NCBI GenBank assembly: GCA_964016885.1 | Contig: OZ024743.1 | Coordinates: forward strand, 272,800,001 to 272,864,000 | Length of the DNA: 64,000 bases | Reading direction: 5' to 3' | Source of the DNA: Eledone cirrhosa | Taxonomy: Eukaryota | Shown here: one piece after another, positions 13,535 through 26,989 of the stretch | How positions within the stretch are numbered: the stretch's first letter is position 1 | Layout of the letters: every line of letters starts with the position of its first letter | Notes under the pieces: generated by a model | The model's input: the letters and a program-made list of their open reading frames with translations, nothing else | Databases searched by the model: none | What the model was told of the DNA's origin: nothing | Made by a program: the position numbers and the translations under genes

Positions 13535-13757
13535 TTAGAATTGGAGCTCTGAAATAGCAATATATATATGAATGTATATATAATGTATTTTGCAATACAC
13601 TTTATGCTTAATTAAAAGCATTTTGAAGACCGTATGCTATTGTTTTAGAGTAGTGACAAACTCACTTACTTTAATCTCAGCAAATCTCAGCTGAGATTAA
13701 AGTAAGTGAGTTTGTCACTACTCTAAAACAATAGCATACGGTCTTCAAAATGCTTTT
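13535..13757. mobile_element. PLE-like terminus (family H3) with a perfect 68-bp fold-back
   Basis: Arms 13614-13681 and 13690-13757 are exact reverse complements with an 8-nt spacer; homologous to 14637-14818 and 60654-60845. Confidence 0.75.
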
Positions 13758-13826
<69 letters not shown>

Positions 13827-13893
13827 GACGGTTTAGAAAATAAGAAAAAGTTTTAAAATAAATTTTAAAGAGTTCACTGTACCTGCTGTAATT

Positions 13894-13978
13894 GCTCTTA
13901 CCGTACGGTTTCAAGTCTAGAAATAAATGGATAACCCATACGAAAATCCATTGAAAAGGAAGACTTTTATCAGATGGT
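13894..13978 (-). ncRNA. Degenerate HHR (G8A, stem I broken)
   Basis: Minus strand CTGATAA-AAGTCT..AATGGAT/ATCCATT..AGACTT-GAAA-CCGTACGG-T-A; 10-nt palindromic stem III. Confidence 0.6.
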
Positions 13979-14207
13979 TCTTTTTGCTCGGAGAATATAA
14001 AATTCCCGAGTTCAAATCACGAACTGGCGCCATTCAAAGTTGTTCCCGAGAGGAGAGTGTATGATGAAAAAGCAATTCTATCTAGTGCCGTGTGTAAACA
14101 TAGAAGGCAGAGGCGGAAAGGTCAATCTACTGCCACTAGAAATAGCAGCAGTTAAAACGACCAAAATGTTATCTCGACCAGGGGAGATTAATAATATAAA
14201 TATATAT

Positions 14208-14395
14208 GGGCAATCCCAAAAGTAAGGTCTCCTTCCGTTATTGCAACTTCCGATATTGCAACTTTTTCCGTTAAATTCCTGTGGATATTGCTTCGGAAAA
14301 CCTCAGGAATCAAAATGCAGAGAGCATCCAGAGTGATCCGCCGATCTTTACGCATGTTTTCCTCGGAAGGAGACCTTACTTTAGGGATTGCCCTC
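14208..14395. mobile_element. Tc1/mariner-type MITE, 30-bp TIRs
   Basis: GGGCAATCCCAAAAGTAAGGTCTCCTTCCG (14208-14237) / CGGAAGGAGACCTTACTTTAGGGATTGCCC (14364-14393), 1 mismatch, TA flanks. Confidence 0.85.
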
Positions 14396-14400
14396 TATAT

Positions 14401-14612
14401 AATAACTGCGCGAAATTCGCACTTTGCGGTAGCGTTCAACGGGAGCTCCATTCTCAACGGCTGCTAAGCCAAGATTGAGCATCCCAGCGAAGCGCGCGCA
14501 TGGTTGTTTGGGAGTGAAGGAAACACCAATCACAACAGTGTTGCCAACAACCGTACGAACAGTTTCTCTGCGTCCCCATCGCTTTGGAGACCTTACTTTT
14601 TGGATTATCCTC
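14401..14612 (-). mobile_element. 5' end of a mariner-like transposon with the first 17 transposase codons
   Basis: TIR GAGGATAATCCAAAAAGTAAGGTCTCC next to TA. The ATG at 14451 reads MELPLNATAKCEFRAVI, matching the mariner N-terminal ..KCE.RAVI(RFL) motif. Confidence 0.75.
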
Positions 14613-14636
14613 ATATATATATATATATATCAGGAT

Positions 14637-14813
14637 TGGTGCTCTGAAATAGCGACGCATACATGAATGCATGTATAGTATATTTGGCAATATACCGTAT
14701 GCTTAATTAAAAACATTTTGAAGACCATACGGTATCAGTTTCAAAGTAGCGTATGGTCTTCAAAATGCTTTTAATTAAGCATACGGTATATTGCCAAATA
14801 TACTATACAAGAA

Positions 14814-14818
<5 letters not shown>
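14637..14818. mobile_element. PLE-like terminus (family H3) with a 60-bp fold-back
   Basis: Arms 14672-14731/14750-14809, one mismatch, 18-nt spacer, (TA)n on both sides. Confidence 0.75.
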
Positions 14819-14860
<42 letters not shown>

Positions 14861-15623
14861 ATATATATAGTTATAAAGGTGGGTTTGTGCATTTTAATTT
14901 ACCTTTCCAATTATTATGTATTTTCCAAACTTTTCGTAGACATATATATATATATAAGGATGGAACCAGCTTAAAACTAATTTGACCATTACTCAACAGA
15001 GTACTCGATACTTGGGAAAGTAGAGTATTGTAATATCATAAAGAGTCTGAAACTAGCTGTTGAAACTGCATGATAGGAGCCTTCGAACCCCGACTCTTTA
15101 TATTATAAATACATGTATATATAAAAAATGTTCAAACCGTGTTCTTGATGAATATGTGATATTCAAATATAGACATAATTATAGGCAGATGTAGTTCCTC
15201 AACATTTGCGTCATTCAATCAGATAACATATATATTCCATTAGATATTTAGGTAAGCGGAGAAAAATAAAGAAACCACGATTTTGATAGACTCCCGATGA
15301 TTAGACAGAATTGTACGTCATAAGAACGAAAGTATATCTATCTATAACTATTTCTTTTAATAGAACTGCAGATGTCTTGTTAAGTCAAGTGAATACATCT
15401 TTAAACAGCTTAATGTGTTTCATATATTTTCTAATATTTTAAGGAATTTTATGAACAGAAAAAAAGTTACTAGTTCATCCGTGGTTAATGCTTATAATTA
15501 AAAGAAATATACGACCACACACACACGCAAACGCACACACACACACACACTTACATATACACAAACACGCACACACACACATACACGCACGCAAACGCAC
15601 ACACACACATATACACATACACA

Positions 15624-15660
<37 letters not shown>

Positions 15661-16299
15661 AAATAATGTATGTATTGTATTGGACAAGAATTGCGTATAT
15701 TGATGATTTTATGATCACCGAATATTTTCCATTTAATAATTTTGGATTATATTCAGTATTATAAACGGTGCACTAGACACTACGTTTCTATCGACTTCCA
15801 CTGAATAGTTGATTAATCAGACTGAGTAACGATTGAAGCTTGACTGTTTAGCTAACTATTTTGTTAATTTCGGTTGTAGTCAGTGACCCGTTGTAGTTTT
15901 AATCCTTAATCGTTAGAACACACACACACACACTCTCTCTCACGCACACAATCATACACACGTGTGTGTGTGGAAACCCGCAACTCATGTTGGTGTCGTA
16001 GCGGCACCGTGATGACGTACGACGTTTCCTGGGTAACATTTAAACCTGAAGAAGCCCATTCCCTCTACAGATTTAAACACAACCTATATCTTTCAGAAAT
16101 GGAGAGAAAACAGCAGGAAAGTGAGAAAGAGATACAGAGGAAGAATCGACCCCAGTACTTGGCTAGTACATTTTTTATTGACTTCGAAAGGATTAAAAGC
16201 AACGTTGGCCTCGGCAGGATTCGAAGTCATAGTGCACAGAGGCGGACTGAATACCGCTATAAATTTTGTCCGACGTTATAATGACTCTGCCAATTTGCC

Positions 16300-16728
16300 A
16301 GAAGAAGGGAGCTTGGCGTTAAAATCCAAACTCGCTGTCTTAAATTATGTATTCATGCCAGCCCTTATCCATGATCATGATTCTTGGGTAATAACCGAAA
16401 GTATACGATCTCGAATACAAGCTGCCGGAATAGGGTTCCTCCGAAGGGTCTTTGGAGTAACGATACTCGATTGAGTTCGTAGCTCGGATATCAGAGAGTC
16501 ATTCCAGGTAGAGCCACTACTTCTCCAAATTGAGAGATCACAGCTCCGATACTATGGCTATGAGGTTAGAATGTTTCAGGAAAGAATAGCTGGACAGTTT
16601 TTACTGATGGTTGGATAACATCCGTGAAATTGACTGGTCTCGCTTGGGAATCCACCTGGATCAGTTTGAGACGACAGGACCCGCTGGAAGAAGTGTTTGA
16701 GGACTATGGCTACACGACCATCTTTAAG
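16300..16728 (+). mobile_element. RTE-clade LINE 3' fragment (family R1)
   Basis: KSKLAVLNYVFMPALIHDHDSWVITESIRSRIQAAGIGFLRRVFGVTILD in ORF 16121-16474. Confidence 0.85.
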
Positions 16729-16740
16729 AAAACACACATA

Positions 16741-16826
<86 letters not shown>

Positions 16827-17544
16827 TATGCCTGTATAAATATACATTAATAAATTTGAAGACAGGTTCTCCCATTTTATTGTTCAATTTATTGAAGAAC
16901 CAAACCTTATGCACATTTCAGAGGGATCTTCCAAATATTACGTAACAGTTGCTCAGGCGGGGATGTAACCATCAGACAGAATATGTTGATATACTAGACC
17001 GAGAAGTGTAGGGTATATGTTGTGAAAATCATATATTTGCGCGTAACGTTTAATTATTACAAATTCGAGGTAATAAGATACTATTATTTCACTGGGTGAT
17101 AATCTAAGAGAAGTACAACCAAAGCAGAGTGCTTAAGCCTGATTGCCCCAGAATTTATTGCGTTGCTGCAAGTGTAACATTGGGAATTAATTAAATATTG
17201 AAATACGAAAACACAGACACACACACGTACGGATACCCACGCATCCACGCACTCACGTCTCCACACAATCTAAATGAAAGAAATCGTTTGTACAATAAAG
17301 TATAGTTGAAAAATGGAAAAATTATTTTTCTGATGATTCACATTCTTTAATGTCTAAAATGTTCTCAAGTTGCACTTAACTCTTTTGTGATCAAAAACTT
17401 TTAATCACAAAATATTAAGTACACTTTCAGAACATTAAAGACTAAGTATCTTCAGTCTTATAAATTATTAACAGTCATACACATATGATATTTCAATATA
17501 CTAATTGAAATTCAAGCCATTGACCCTCTTTCATTATTTACAAT

Positions 17545-17750
17545 GACGGAGGATTGGCAGAATCGGTAGAGCATCGGACACCCAGCTTCGCGGCATAGTG
17601 TTACGGCCCTTTATATTCTGAGTTCGAATTAGCTTTGCTTTTCATCCTTACGATGTCGATAAAATAAAGTACCAGTAACGCATTGGGTCGATATAATCGA
17701 CTTTCCCCTCCCCAAAATTGCTGGCCTTGTGCCTGTAGTAGAAATCATTA
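17545..17750 (+). mobile_element. SINE family A, long subtype, 16-bp TSD
   Basis: TSD TCATTATTTACAATGA at 17531-17546 and 17745-17760; carries the extra GTCGATWTAATCGACTTTCCCCTCCCCAAAA segment. Confidence 0.9.
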
Positions 17751-18137
17751 TTTACAATGATAAATTTTTAATTTTATACAAATTATACGGGCAAAAATTG
17801 TAGTGGTCTCATAAATCGTTAATATAGATTATATTTTTTCTTAAGCCTGTAAATCAATATTGTGAAGTTGATTTTGAATGTCGTTAAAAGTTTCCTTTTT
17901 ATTTCAATAACATTATGAATTATTACTATCACATCTTTTTAAATTAAGAAGAAATATTAATGCAATGGAGAAACCTTTTGTGCATGCCTTTCCGTATATG
18001 TTTACGTAACATCCTATATTGAGGGTATGACAGTGTTAGCGACGAATGTATATGACTGTTGCCACTAAAAAAAACAATTGTATACATACATGCTCTCCAA
18101 ATATGTAGTTATGTACAACACACACAGACCCCCTCCC

Positions 18138-18173
<36 letters not shown>

Positions 18174-20589
18174 CGAAGGAAATGTGGTAAGGAACCAGGT
18201 GGACCATAACGCAGCAAAGTACTCATAACTTGTTCCTATATATACAGAGTGTATCAAAAGGAATCATACAATTTTACGTACACGTTCTACAAATGCTTAA
18301 TATGTAAATGATTTTATAAACAGTTATTTAGATATGTATTGTATAAGTTCCTGCATGATTACATGGTCATTCGTTTAAATAATATACCGTTTTTGAAAAC
18401 ACGTATATTGGCTGGTGTGATGCCAGATGTCATTACTTTTTTTTACTATTTCTCAAATCGCTATTTTGTTTAATACTATATGTAAAGTGTTGCGTGTGAA
18501 CAATATAATGAATTAAGTCGAATGCAGACTTAGTGAACTAATTTAGTTTTATTAGTAATGTTGTACATTTTCAATTACCTACTTTTACAGTGGCAGACGC
18601 ATACATCCAAATTTACCTGCTATATGACGAGCAACACACAAGTGTCAAGATAATGCCTAAGGTGATTGTGACAAGTTCGATACTTGAACGTAGAAGTACG
18701 AAATTCAATACTATCCGACATTTGTTTCAACATGCGACTCTGCACTCATATCTCTGCCTTTATCAAGATATTGGATTCCTAGGAAGGGGGTTAGTATTCT
18801 AGTGCTACAGTTGTAATCGATTGATGCCATTAAGTATGTTATTGATAACTGTTCTGTTGACATCGGAAGGGTGAATTATGACTCCGAATGTTCGATCCCT
18901 GTAATGATCTGGAAAAATGAGTTCTAGCAGCACTTGATATTTATATTTGCGACGGGCTGGCTCTCGTCTTGAATGAAAGTCTTCTACTCAGACATTTAGG
19001 AAACCTAGATGAAGCCTGATAAACCTCAAGGCAGAATTTAATAATTTCTTAAAGCACTGCAAAGCTTGTATTTAAGTAATCTATGATCATCTAGTATCTC
19101 GCCCATTGAAACATAGTTATCGATGGAAAGTCTATACATAATATATTTTACTTCATTAAAGTATTATTAGAAAAGTTGGAGGATCATGTTAGCCCATCTT
19201 TTATAAGACATTGATTAACTTTGTCTACCGCAACAGGTAATCGATATTCTTTTGTTTTCCTTTTATAAAATGTAGGGTTGATATGTCACGAACTTTGTAT
19301 TTATACTAGTATAGTATTGATTTCTTTACATACTCACAATGGCGTTCCAGATGTGACAATTCCGCCTTTTTGTTTCATACGTAGTATATCTTGCATTCAG
19401 TTATCAAGTGTATTCTTTGTTTTAAATTTGGTACGGAGTGGCTTCATAGAAATTTAGATGCTATTCCTAGTTGGTAAAACGGTCAACTGGAAGCTTAGAT
19501 ATTATCGCTTACTCAGTGCGAGGTTGTAGCATGATATGAAGTTCATAGTCACTTTTTACATATGTAGAATTGACATAGATAACATGACTTCTGTCTATCA
19601 TTAAACGTAAAACGCCGTAAAACTTGTTTTCCACGACTTCGGCATTCCCTTTACAACAGTCTATCATATGTATATGGAACTAATGATTTATGGAGAAATC
19701 TAGAAATATCCCATGGAGGAACATTGTCAATTGATCTTCCTATAGTATATGACTGATCCTTATTCAAATGTTGACCAGAAAATAAGAAAAGACAACAGAC
19801 ATCAGACTAGATTATAGCTTAGAACATTGAAAAACTATTATGTGAACTGGCTCTGTATCATTTCTGCAATTCCACATACATTCATATGAAAACATAAATA
19901 TTGTTGCATATATACGTAGTCACTTGCTCAGGGTAGAGAATAAGCATAAATTAAATTAACTGTAATATATAAATTGAGGCTGGAATACACGCACACGTTG
20001 TGCATAGCCAAGCCTTTAAACGTTAGCTATGTAGTGAATTTTCAACCGAATTCCATTCATCTGCTATTTTTATATTTAGCCGATACGTCGTTGACACACA
20101 CGTATGCTAATAGTTGTGTTATTGATTTAAAGATAGACCAAATATGAAGTAAGTTTCCTATAAAGTATAGGTAAAATATATTGTTGTATTAGAGCATAAA
20201 AATCACATTAGTTGAGTGACATTCGTAGAAAACATTTTGTAAGAAGGATTTGTTAAATCCAATTTGACAGGACTGCTTAATTCATTTTAAGAGGGCTTTG
20301 GAAATTGAAAACAGTAAATCGTTTGTGTTTGTACTTGACAGTTTTAAATCACTGACTTTTCCCAAATTCAATTATATCTTTCTTTAACTTCACGACCAAT
20401 CTCAACTATTCTAGAACGTACACTCTTCGTGTTTGAATTTAAACTTGTTAGATTGCAATAATAAAATATAAACGATACCTTTATATGTAGCACAACAGGG
20501 GAAGTAAGTAGAGAGATAAATGTGTCTGAATATCTGAAATATAAATCTATTTCAAAGCAAACAATTGGATAATTAAACCATTATAATGT

Positions 20590-20790
20590 GCTTAAACAGT
20601 GCCTGGGGATATCTCAAGTAGAACCCAAGTGGTACCTAATCAGTGCGCAATTAATGCCAAGAAGTGCTCATGCAGTGCCCAAAGGTTTCTCAAATAATTC
20701 TCATGCAGTGCTTAAAAGCTAGTCAAATAGAGCAAAATTAGTGCTCAAGCAGTCTATCAAGTACACTCAAGCAGCCAGCTCAAAGCAGAA
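20590..20790. repeat. Degenerate ~10/20-bp minisatellite (CAGTGCTCAAG-like)
   Basis: Recurring AGTGCTCA/CAGTGCCCAA/GTGCTTAAA units. Confidence 0.55.
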
Positions 20791-22609
20791 ATGGAAGGAC
20801 ACTTTTGACTGTGTTGTTATAAATATACACACAAAAAATAGAAAGAAAGAAACGTAATAACCACTGGAGTGTATTTAAATTATAGGTCTACTAGATATTA
20901 TTGAACTGGGGCTTAACAACAACAGCAAGTGTAGAAGAAGAAAAAACACCAGTAGAAACAGGTAACATCACTATAAATATTCACTCTAGATAGTTTGAGA
21001 CTTTTGATTTAATGTGCCTTTGCTAGGGACGTACAGCAGCTGTTGAAATCAAACATTTGTTAATTAACCACAGCTGAACTCACCCTTAATCGGGCAGACC
21101 AATGAAAAAAGGTAATCCAGCCAAGATCATATAATCTAACCGTACATCATCCAATATGTCCTTTCTTTTTAAAGGAGTTAGTGTGGGATTTAAATGTGAG
21201 TTCGCAGATATTTCCAGTATGCCACACAGAAATACAGCTAACAAGAAAATAACATTTCACTAGGTCAACGAGAAAACACATATATGACAACTCAACTTGT
21301 TAGAAATAACATCCAAATCTCCTTCGAGTCTTATAAATGCAAATGACACATTAGGTAATGTACTCTGAGATCGACAGAATGATTGTGGCTAGAATGCATA
21401 TATCCATAAATATGCTTCATTATATTTTCCTTGGGACTAAAGATAAACGTTTTTTTTCTCTGTGGCATAATACGGTATCAAAAGGTAATTCTGTAAAACA
21501 TAATTTTCTGTTCCTTTACATATCGGTAATATTTCCTGACCACGTAAAAATAAAATGTATCAATAGATTACATTAAATGTTTTAGCATTAGAAAGGTTTA
21601 GGAGGATAGAACCAGTCATGTATGCTTTGATTGACTATTAATTCGCAAATTAAGGCCTTTATGGTCTCGGGATATGTTTATATTCTTTGAAGCCTTGCAT
21701 AAGAACGATATTGTAGTTGTATTTAAGTACATGTATAGTGATATCGGATACTTCGATGAACGTTGACTACTGACGAAATACAATATATAAAATAACAATT
21801 TAACCATTAGATAAAACACTGTGTCGACGTGTGTTATCTCATAAAAGGGGATCGAAATAATGTTGCACTAGAAAAAGAAGTCATACATAGGGGATCATGT
21901 AAGACCCTTGTGCAGATTGTTGTGGTCCGGCAGCAATTACTCTCCTCGACAGGATAAATTTTATCGATTCCGAAGGCCCTGTGAAAGCCATGGACTCAAC
22001 CGCTTCATTCAGACCTACCAAAAATATTTAAAAGATAAATAACTAGGTGACATTTAACCATTACTTGCCGTAACATCCACTTTTGGGTTTTAAGTATGCT
22101 TATGTTTATCCTCAGATCAGTGATAAACATGTTCGCCCATATTTCAAAAACATTCTAGCTATAATCAACCCATCGGAGCATAACATATCAAGAATAACAT
22201 TACTCTCTGCTCATTATAGTGCGGAAGTGTGTAATTTGAAGAGGAATGTGGCTGCTATTTCTAGTAAGTAAAAGCAATCTATCCGCTTGTTCATTAGGTA
22301 TTAATGACCTATAAGGTTAACATTTCATGAAAGTTTCATGGCCACCATTTTATTGCGAATTTTGTTTGATCCTAGGCGTAAATAAATGTCATTTGCTATA
22401 TTATTTTGATTTATACATATTTTCAAAGTGACAGTGATATATATCACCAGTGGCTCTCCCACAGCAATCAGGTAAAATATTACGATCGTAATTTCTGCTT
22501 TTAGACACATACGTACGTACATATACATACAATTGTATATATTTATATTTATATATATATATCACATAAAAAAGAGAATCATCAGTGTTGCGACGAATGG
22601 AATTTATTG

Positions 22610-22705
22610 GACATATTACAATCGTTTCTCTGGCGACCAGCTCGAGGCACGATCGTTGTGATGATCGAACCTGACTCTGAAAATCGCAAGGTCCTCAGAT
22701 ACATC
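22610..22705 (-). ncRNA. Type I hammerhead ribozyme motif, family H2 copy 2
   Basis: Minus strand GATGTAT-CTGAGGA-C-CTTGCGA...TCGCCAG-A-GAAA-CGATTG-T-A-ATATGTC. Stem III ACGAUUGU is self-complementary with wobbles. Followed by a 19-bp fold-back 22695-22713/22722-22740. Confidence 0.75.
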
Positions 22706-22742
22706 TTGATTCTACGTATCAAGAATCAAGACGTATCTGATG

Positions 22743-22774
<32 letters not shown>

Positions 22775-22999
22775 AGTAAACGCCCATCCATTCATTCACC
22801 TGTTTATGGCAGAGCCGATAACGTAGTTAGAATATTATACAATTTCAAGAGCTGATTCCAATGAGACCGCATGGTGAGAGCTATAGATTTTGTTGTAGGC
22901 TTTCATCGCATAAGGTTCTAACGTAGATTTAATCGAGCTACAGACACAGATATAAGTGTGTTTTCAATAATACAAACAAAACAAAAGGCGAAAATAGGT

Positions 23000-23120
23000 T
23001 CATTGTTTTACGATCGTTTCATGGGCTTGATTGATTAATCGATATATTAACTAAGACTCGTTATGACACCACCTGTTACTAGTCTCAATATCCTAGATCA
23101 ATCTTCCTCAGAATCAATAA
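23000..23120 (-). ncRNA. Type I hammerhead ribozyme motif
   Basis: Minus strand TTATTGATT-CTGAGGA-A-GATTGAT...ATCAATC-AAGCCCA-T-GAAA-CGATCG-T-A-AAACAATGA. Stem I 8/9 bp, perfect ACGATCGT palindrome, 7-nt bulge in stem II. Confidence 0.7.
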
Positions 23121-23197
23121 CACATATATATATATTATATGTATATTATGTGTGTGTGTATGTGTGTATTTAATACCCATTATATTATAATGATATC

Positions 23198-23382
23198 TCG
23201 GTATATTGGCAGAATCAGTAGAGGGTCGGACGCTATGTTTTGCAGCATGGAGTAACGGACCTTTACGTTCTGAGTTCGAATCGCACCGAGGTTAACTTTA
23301 CCTTTCATCCTTACGGGGTCGATAAGTACCAGTAATGCACTGGGATAATTGCTGGCCTTGTGCCAAAATTAGAAACAATTAT
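23198..23382 (+). mobile_element. SINE family A, short subtype, 18-bp TSD
   Basis: TSD ATTATATTATAATRATAT at 23179-23196 and 23378-23395. Confidence 0.88.
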
Positions 23383-23759
23383 ATTATAATAATATATTGG
23401 TTGGTTGTCGGATGTAGCGGTGATTTCGTACCATGATCATAGCAGAAACGAAAATGTCTAAAGAAAATCATTGTTACAACATTCCAAGATAACGTGGCGA
23501 AACGAACAATACGATTTGCTGATCTTGTTTTCCGGCAACCGAATCACCAGGAAACAAATTAGTATTCAGAGAGGTACTGTCAATTGTATGGAGCAGAAGT
23601 GGCTTCACGTCTTAGAAGTACTCGGGGCCACAGTACAGCTAGGACCGCATATCTACAATTTACCCGAGGATCAGGAGCTGGAGTGTGTTCGTGAGTGATA
23701 TTATACCGGTTAACCCAGTGCCTTTTTTTATAGATGCAGTCTAGAATGTGTGTAAATAT

Positions 23760-23945
23760 CTGTTTCTACTTTTGGCACAAGGCCAGTAATTACTAAGTGC
23801 ATTACTGGTTCTTTATTTCATCGACCCCGTAAGGATGAAAGGCAAAGTTAACCTCGGTGGGGTTTGAAGTCAGAATGGCAAGGGCCGTAACTCTATGCGT
23901 CAAAGCATGGCGTCCGACGCTCTACCGATACCGATACTGCCAAAT
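23760..23945 (-). mobile_element. SINE family A, short subtype
   Basis: Family sequence; TSD AATGTSTGTAAATA at 23745-23758 and 23950-23963. Confidence 0.88.
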
Positions 23946-24104
23946 AAACAATGTCTGTAAATAACAACTTCACCTCAGATTAGCGAGCTGTACTTTATGC
24001 TGTGTTACATCTGAACTTTGGAGAGGGTAAATAAATGTTGGGGGTTAGGTTTTAAGATCATATGGGGGAAATTGAAACAATTACATGGTGGTAGAAACAA
24101 TATA

Positions 24105-24182
24105 TTGGGTCATCAGGTATGAAATTTGTAGAAATTTAAGAAGAAATACAAATGTCTACGTATTTCATACTTGACGACCCAA
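24105..24182. mobile_element. ~78-bp mariner-type MITE
   Basis: TTGGGTCATCAGGTATGAAAT / ATTTCATACTTGACGACCCAA 21-bp TIRs with 2 mismatches, left TA flank. Confidence 0.6.
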
Positions 24183-25119
24183 AAGATATTCAAAACCATA
24201 CATATACATTTACATTCTCTTGTGTTTTGTTTCTTATTAATGTCGTATATAATAAAACATCAACACTTTTCTTCGCGGTTCTAAGTCAGATATAGAATAA
24301 AATTGAATATGAAGTAGTGGTATACTCCTCTCTTTCTTCACTTCCTTCTCTGTAGCACCAGAATTTGCGAGAGATCACATCTAGTTTCAGCAGATTGTAT
24401 ATCGTGGAGCTACCTAATGCTATCAATGATTAACTATAGGTATGGTATTGTAGTATTACAATTAGTTTTATGGCAGTTGTTAAGGTACATGTGATATGAA
24501 TTTAGAATCAAAACCCTAGAAGAAAAGCTGCAAAGCGTATGACACGGGGCTTTAACTATTTCGTTTGTTCATCCCCTAGATATTTATTTAGGGAAGCCGA
24601 AAAGTCGAAAGTCAGATATTAAACTCAGAACATTGAGGACTTAAATATATCCCGTAAAACATTTCTTTCAAAGCTCTAACGCTTCTGACAATTTGCAGTT
24701 TTTCAGTGGGGAATATTTGCTTATATTCCAGAGAAATAGGAATTATATTTTAGAATATATACACAACCTTTACGTTCCCCTTTAAAAAATTGATAAAGAA
24801 TGAAAATCAGTGCATTTAACGTTTAAGAAAAGAAAATCATCTTAAACTTGCCACGTTTGATACTTGTACCACGTGTATTCAAGAATAGAATTTCACAGTG
24901 TTTCTGTTTTACAGTCTTGTGTAATCTAATATTAGGTATGTGTGTATATGTGTTCGTATAAATATCTTTCAAACGTTATATCGATAACATGGGAGTGCTC
25001 GAGCTTGATTTATTTGTTATTTGTTATTCGTTGTATCACATGTTTTTTGTTTTTTTCTATTTAGTTTAGATCAATAACGTTACTAGTTTCATCAAATATT
25101 CTATTACATTTCAGATTTA

Positions 25120-26160
25120 TTTTCTGAATAAAATAATTGTCAGTGACTGCTTTTATAAAATTGGAAGAGTTTGCTAGAAGAAGGAGATAGAAAGCTACTC
25201 CTATGACAACAGCAAAGCCAATCAAGCATCAAATAATAACTTCGGTATAAAAGATCACAAACGCCCACCTCGTATCAAAGTCTATGCGTGTTTGAAGCAA
25301 ACCCTTAGAAGCTATCAGTAAGATATGACTTACATCACGGAAATCAAATGCAACCATCTCCAACTCAGTCTTTACTATATTTAGCCATATATACACATTC
25401 TCCGACGAAACAAGAATAGGAAATAGATAGGAATAGACATAAGAATGCAAGGCAAATATAATGATCGAACGCCAGCATAATTATGAAGCAAACACTATAC
25501 GAGAAAGACGTAAGCTAGATAAAAAAATAGTATGTTTAAACCATTGGTAAGATTTCATTACTCTCAACGACTACAATGTGAGCTTACAAGTGAGAGACTG
25601 ATAAACCGAAGATAGTATGCACATTTTAAACCACAAAATTAGTAATTCCACCCGTATACGACTAGTTTAGCAGCATTACATATAAAGACAGATGATGTCA
25701 ATTTTTCCAAGTTGACATATTTGAGTTCTACAAACCGATTTCTAAATCAATACTCACAAGGCACTGGGGATTTGGTATGCCGCATTGGTTTTGTAAAACA
25801 TCTGTATGAGTGACAAAAGAAGTGATACGTTTAATATTAGTTTCATGTTAATAGGCGTCGCCAAGACACATACATACGATCTCTTTGGATTGTATATAGC
25901 CTGGAAATACTTAATACGAAATATTAAAAACATAGTTACGGGTCTATTCAGAGACGACAGATCGAAAGTCTCAAATCACGTAAGAGAACATCCGTAAGAT
26001 AAAAACAAAAATATTTTATAGACGCCCTACTAAAACTGTATGCAGGTAGATACAAGACTCACAAAAAGGTGAATGATAAATGTATAAATGTTTATCCATC
26101 AGGACGTCAATCACTCCATCCCATCATCACAAAGTAAGTCAATAATCTTAACTATAATAA
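25120..26160 (+). pseudogene. Decayed Penelope-like element reverse transcriptase
   Basis: Collinear motifs across frameshifts: KIIV..FYK (~25130-25165), FITLND..RLIN (25554-25608), QFFQVDIFEFYKPIS (25699-25743), YDLFGLYI...GLFRDD (to 25958), HP.IITK (~26120). These correspond to the PLE RT motifs FITLKDHK/RLINP/DI.EFYPSI/ELVGLY/GLYRDD. Confidence 0.75.
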
Positions 26161-26989
26161 AGAAAGGAGTGCGGGACTGCATCCAGAATATATTTGTTTA
26201 ACCCGTTTGTAAAATAAGTTGGATTACTTTGAATAAATGATGAATGAATATTACATAATTTATCTACTAAATTTCGTGGCTGTTGATTAAATATATTTTA
26301 TAGCTTATTTAACGATTCACTTCTTTAAAATTGTCAAATGTCAACACTTCCCGTTAGCGGCCGTTATATTATAACACTTATAATCGCATATATTTCCGTC
26401 GCTAATTTTCTCCTAATGCAGTTTATATATAATATCGTCTTTTTTTAATGTATCATGGATTATGTTACTGATTACATAAGACAGTGTAACGCAGTCTTCG
26501 TTCAATTTCTGTGTATATTGTCAATTACGATTTTATTTACATGCATATCTATTTGTGTATAATATCAATATTCACACTACACATGCCAGCAGAAAACCAA
26601 CCGAGGGTGGTTTTTCTGCTAGTATATGTAATAAAACTTCAACATTTTTAAGCAATGCAGAAAAAGCAATGCATGTATTATTACCCGATGCAATCCACTT
26701 TTCAATGTCAACGTAAAACACATCTATCTAGATATTTCTTATCGCAAATAGTGACACATACTCCGACCACAGCTTTAGAAAAATCTATTCAATGCAACAG
26801 TCTTATGTGCGCTACGAGTAGAGTGAATGTGGTAAAAACAGACAAACACAGCAGGAAATATAACTCTAGAGCAGACAACTGTGTACATCAGATAAAGAGA
26901 CAAAAAGAACTACCAACATACCAGCTAATGATATTCAAATCAGCTCATTAATAGTCTGTGAGAGACCGTCTGATGCGCGTTTTTTTGTG

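Noticed and set aside
15038-15100. ATAAAGAGTC/GACTCTTTAT inverted repeat with GAAACTAGCTGTT
   Set aside because: No CTGANGA core in register.
17410-17460. Minus-strand CTGAAGA...GAAA-GTGTAC-TT
   Set aside because: Neither stem I nor stem II pairs.
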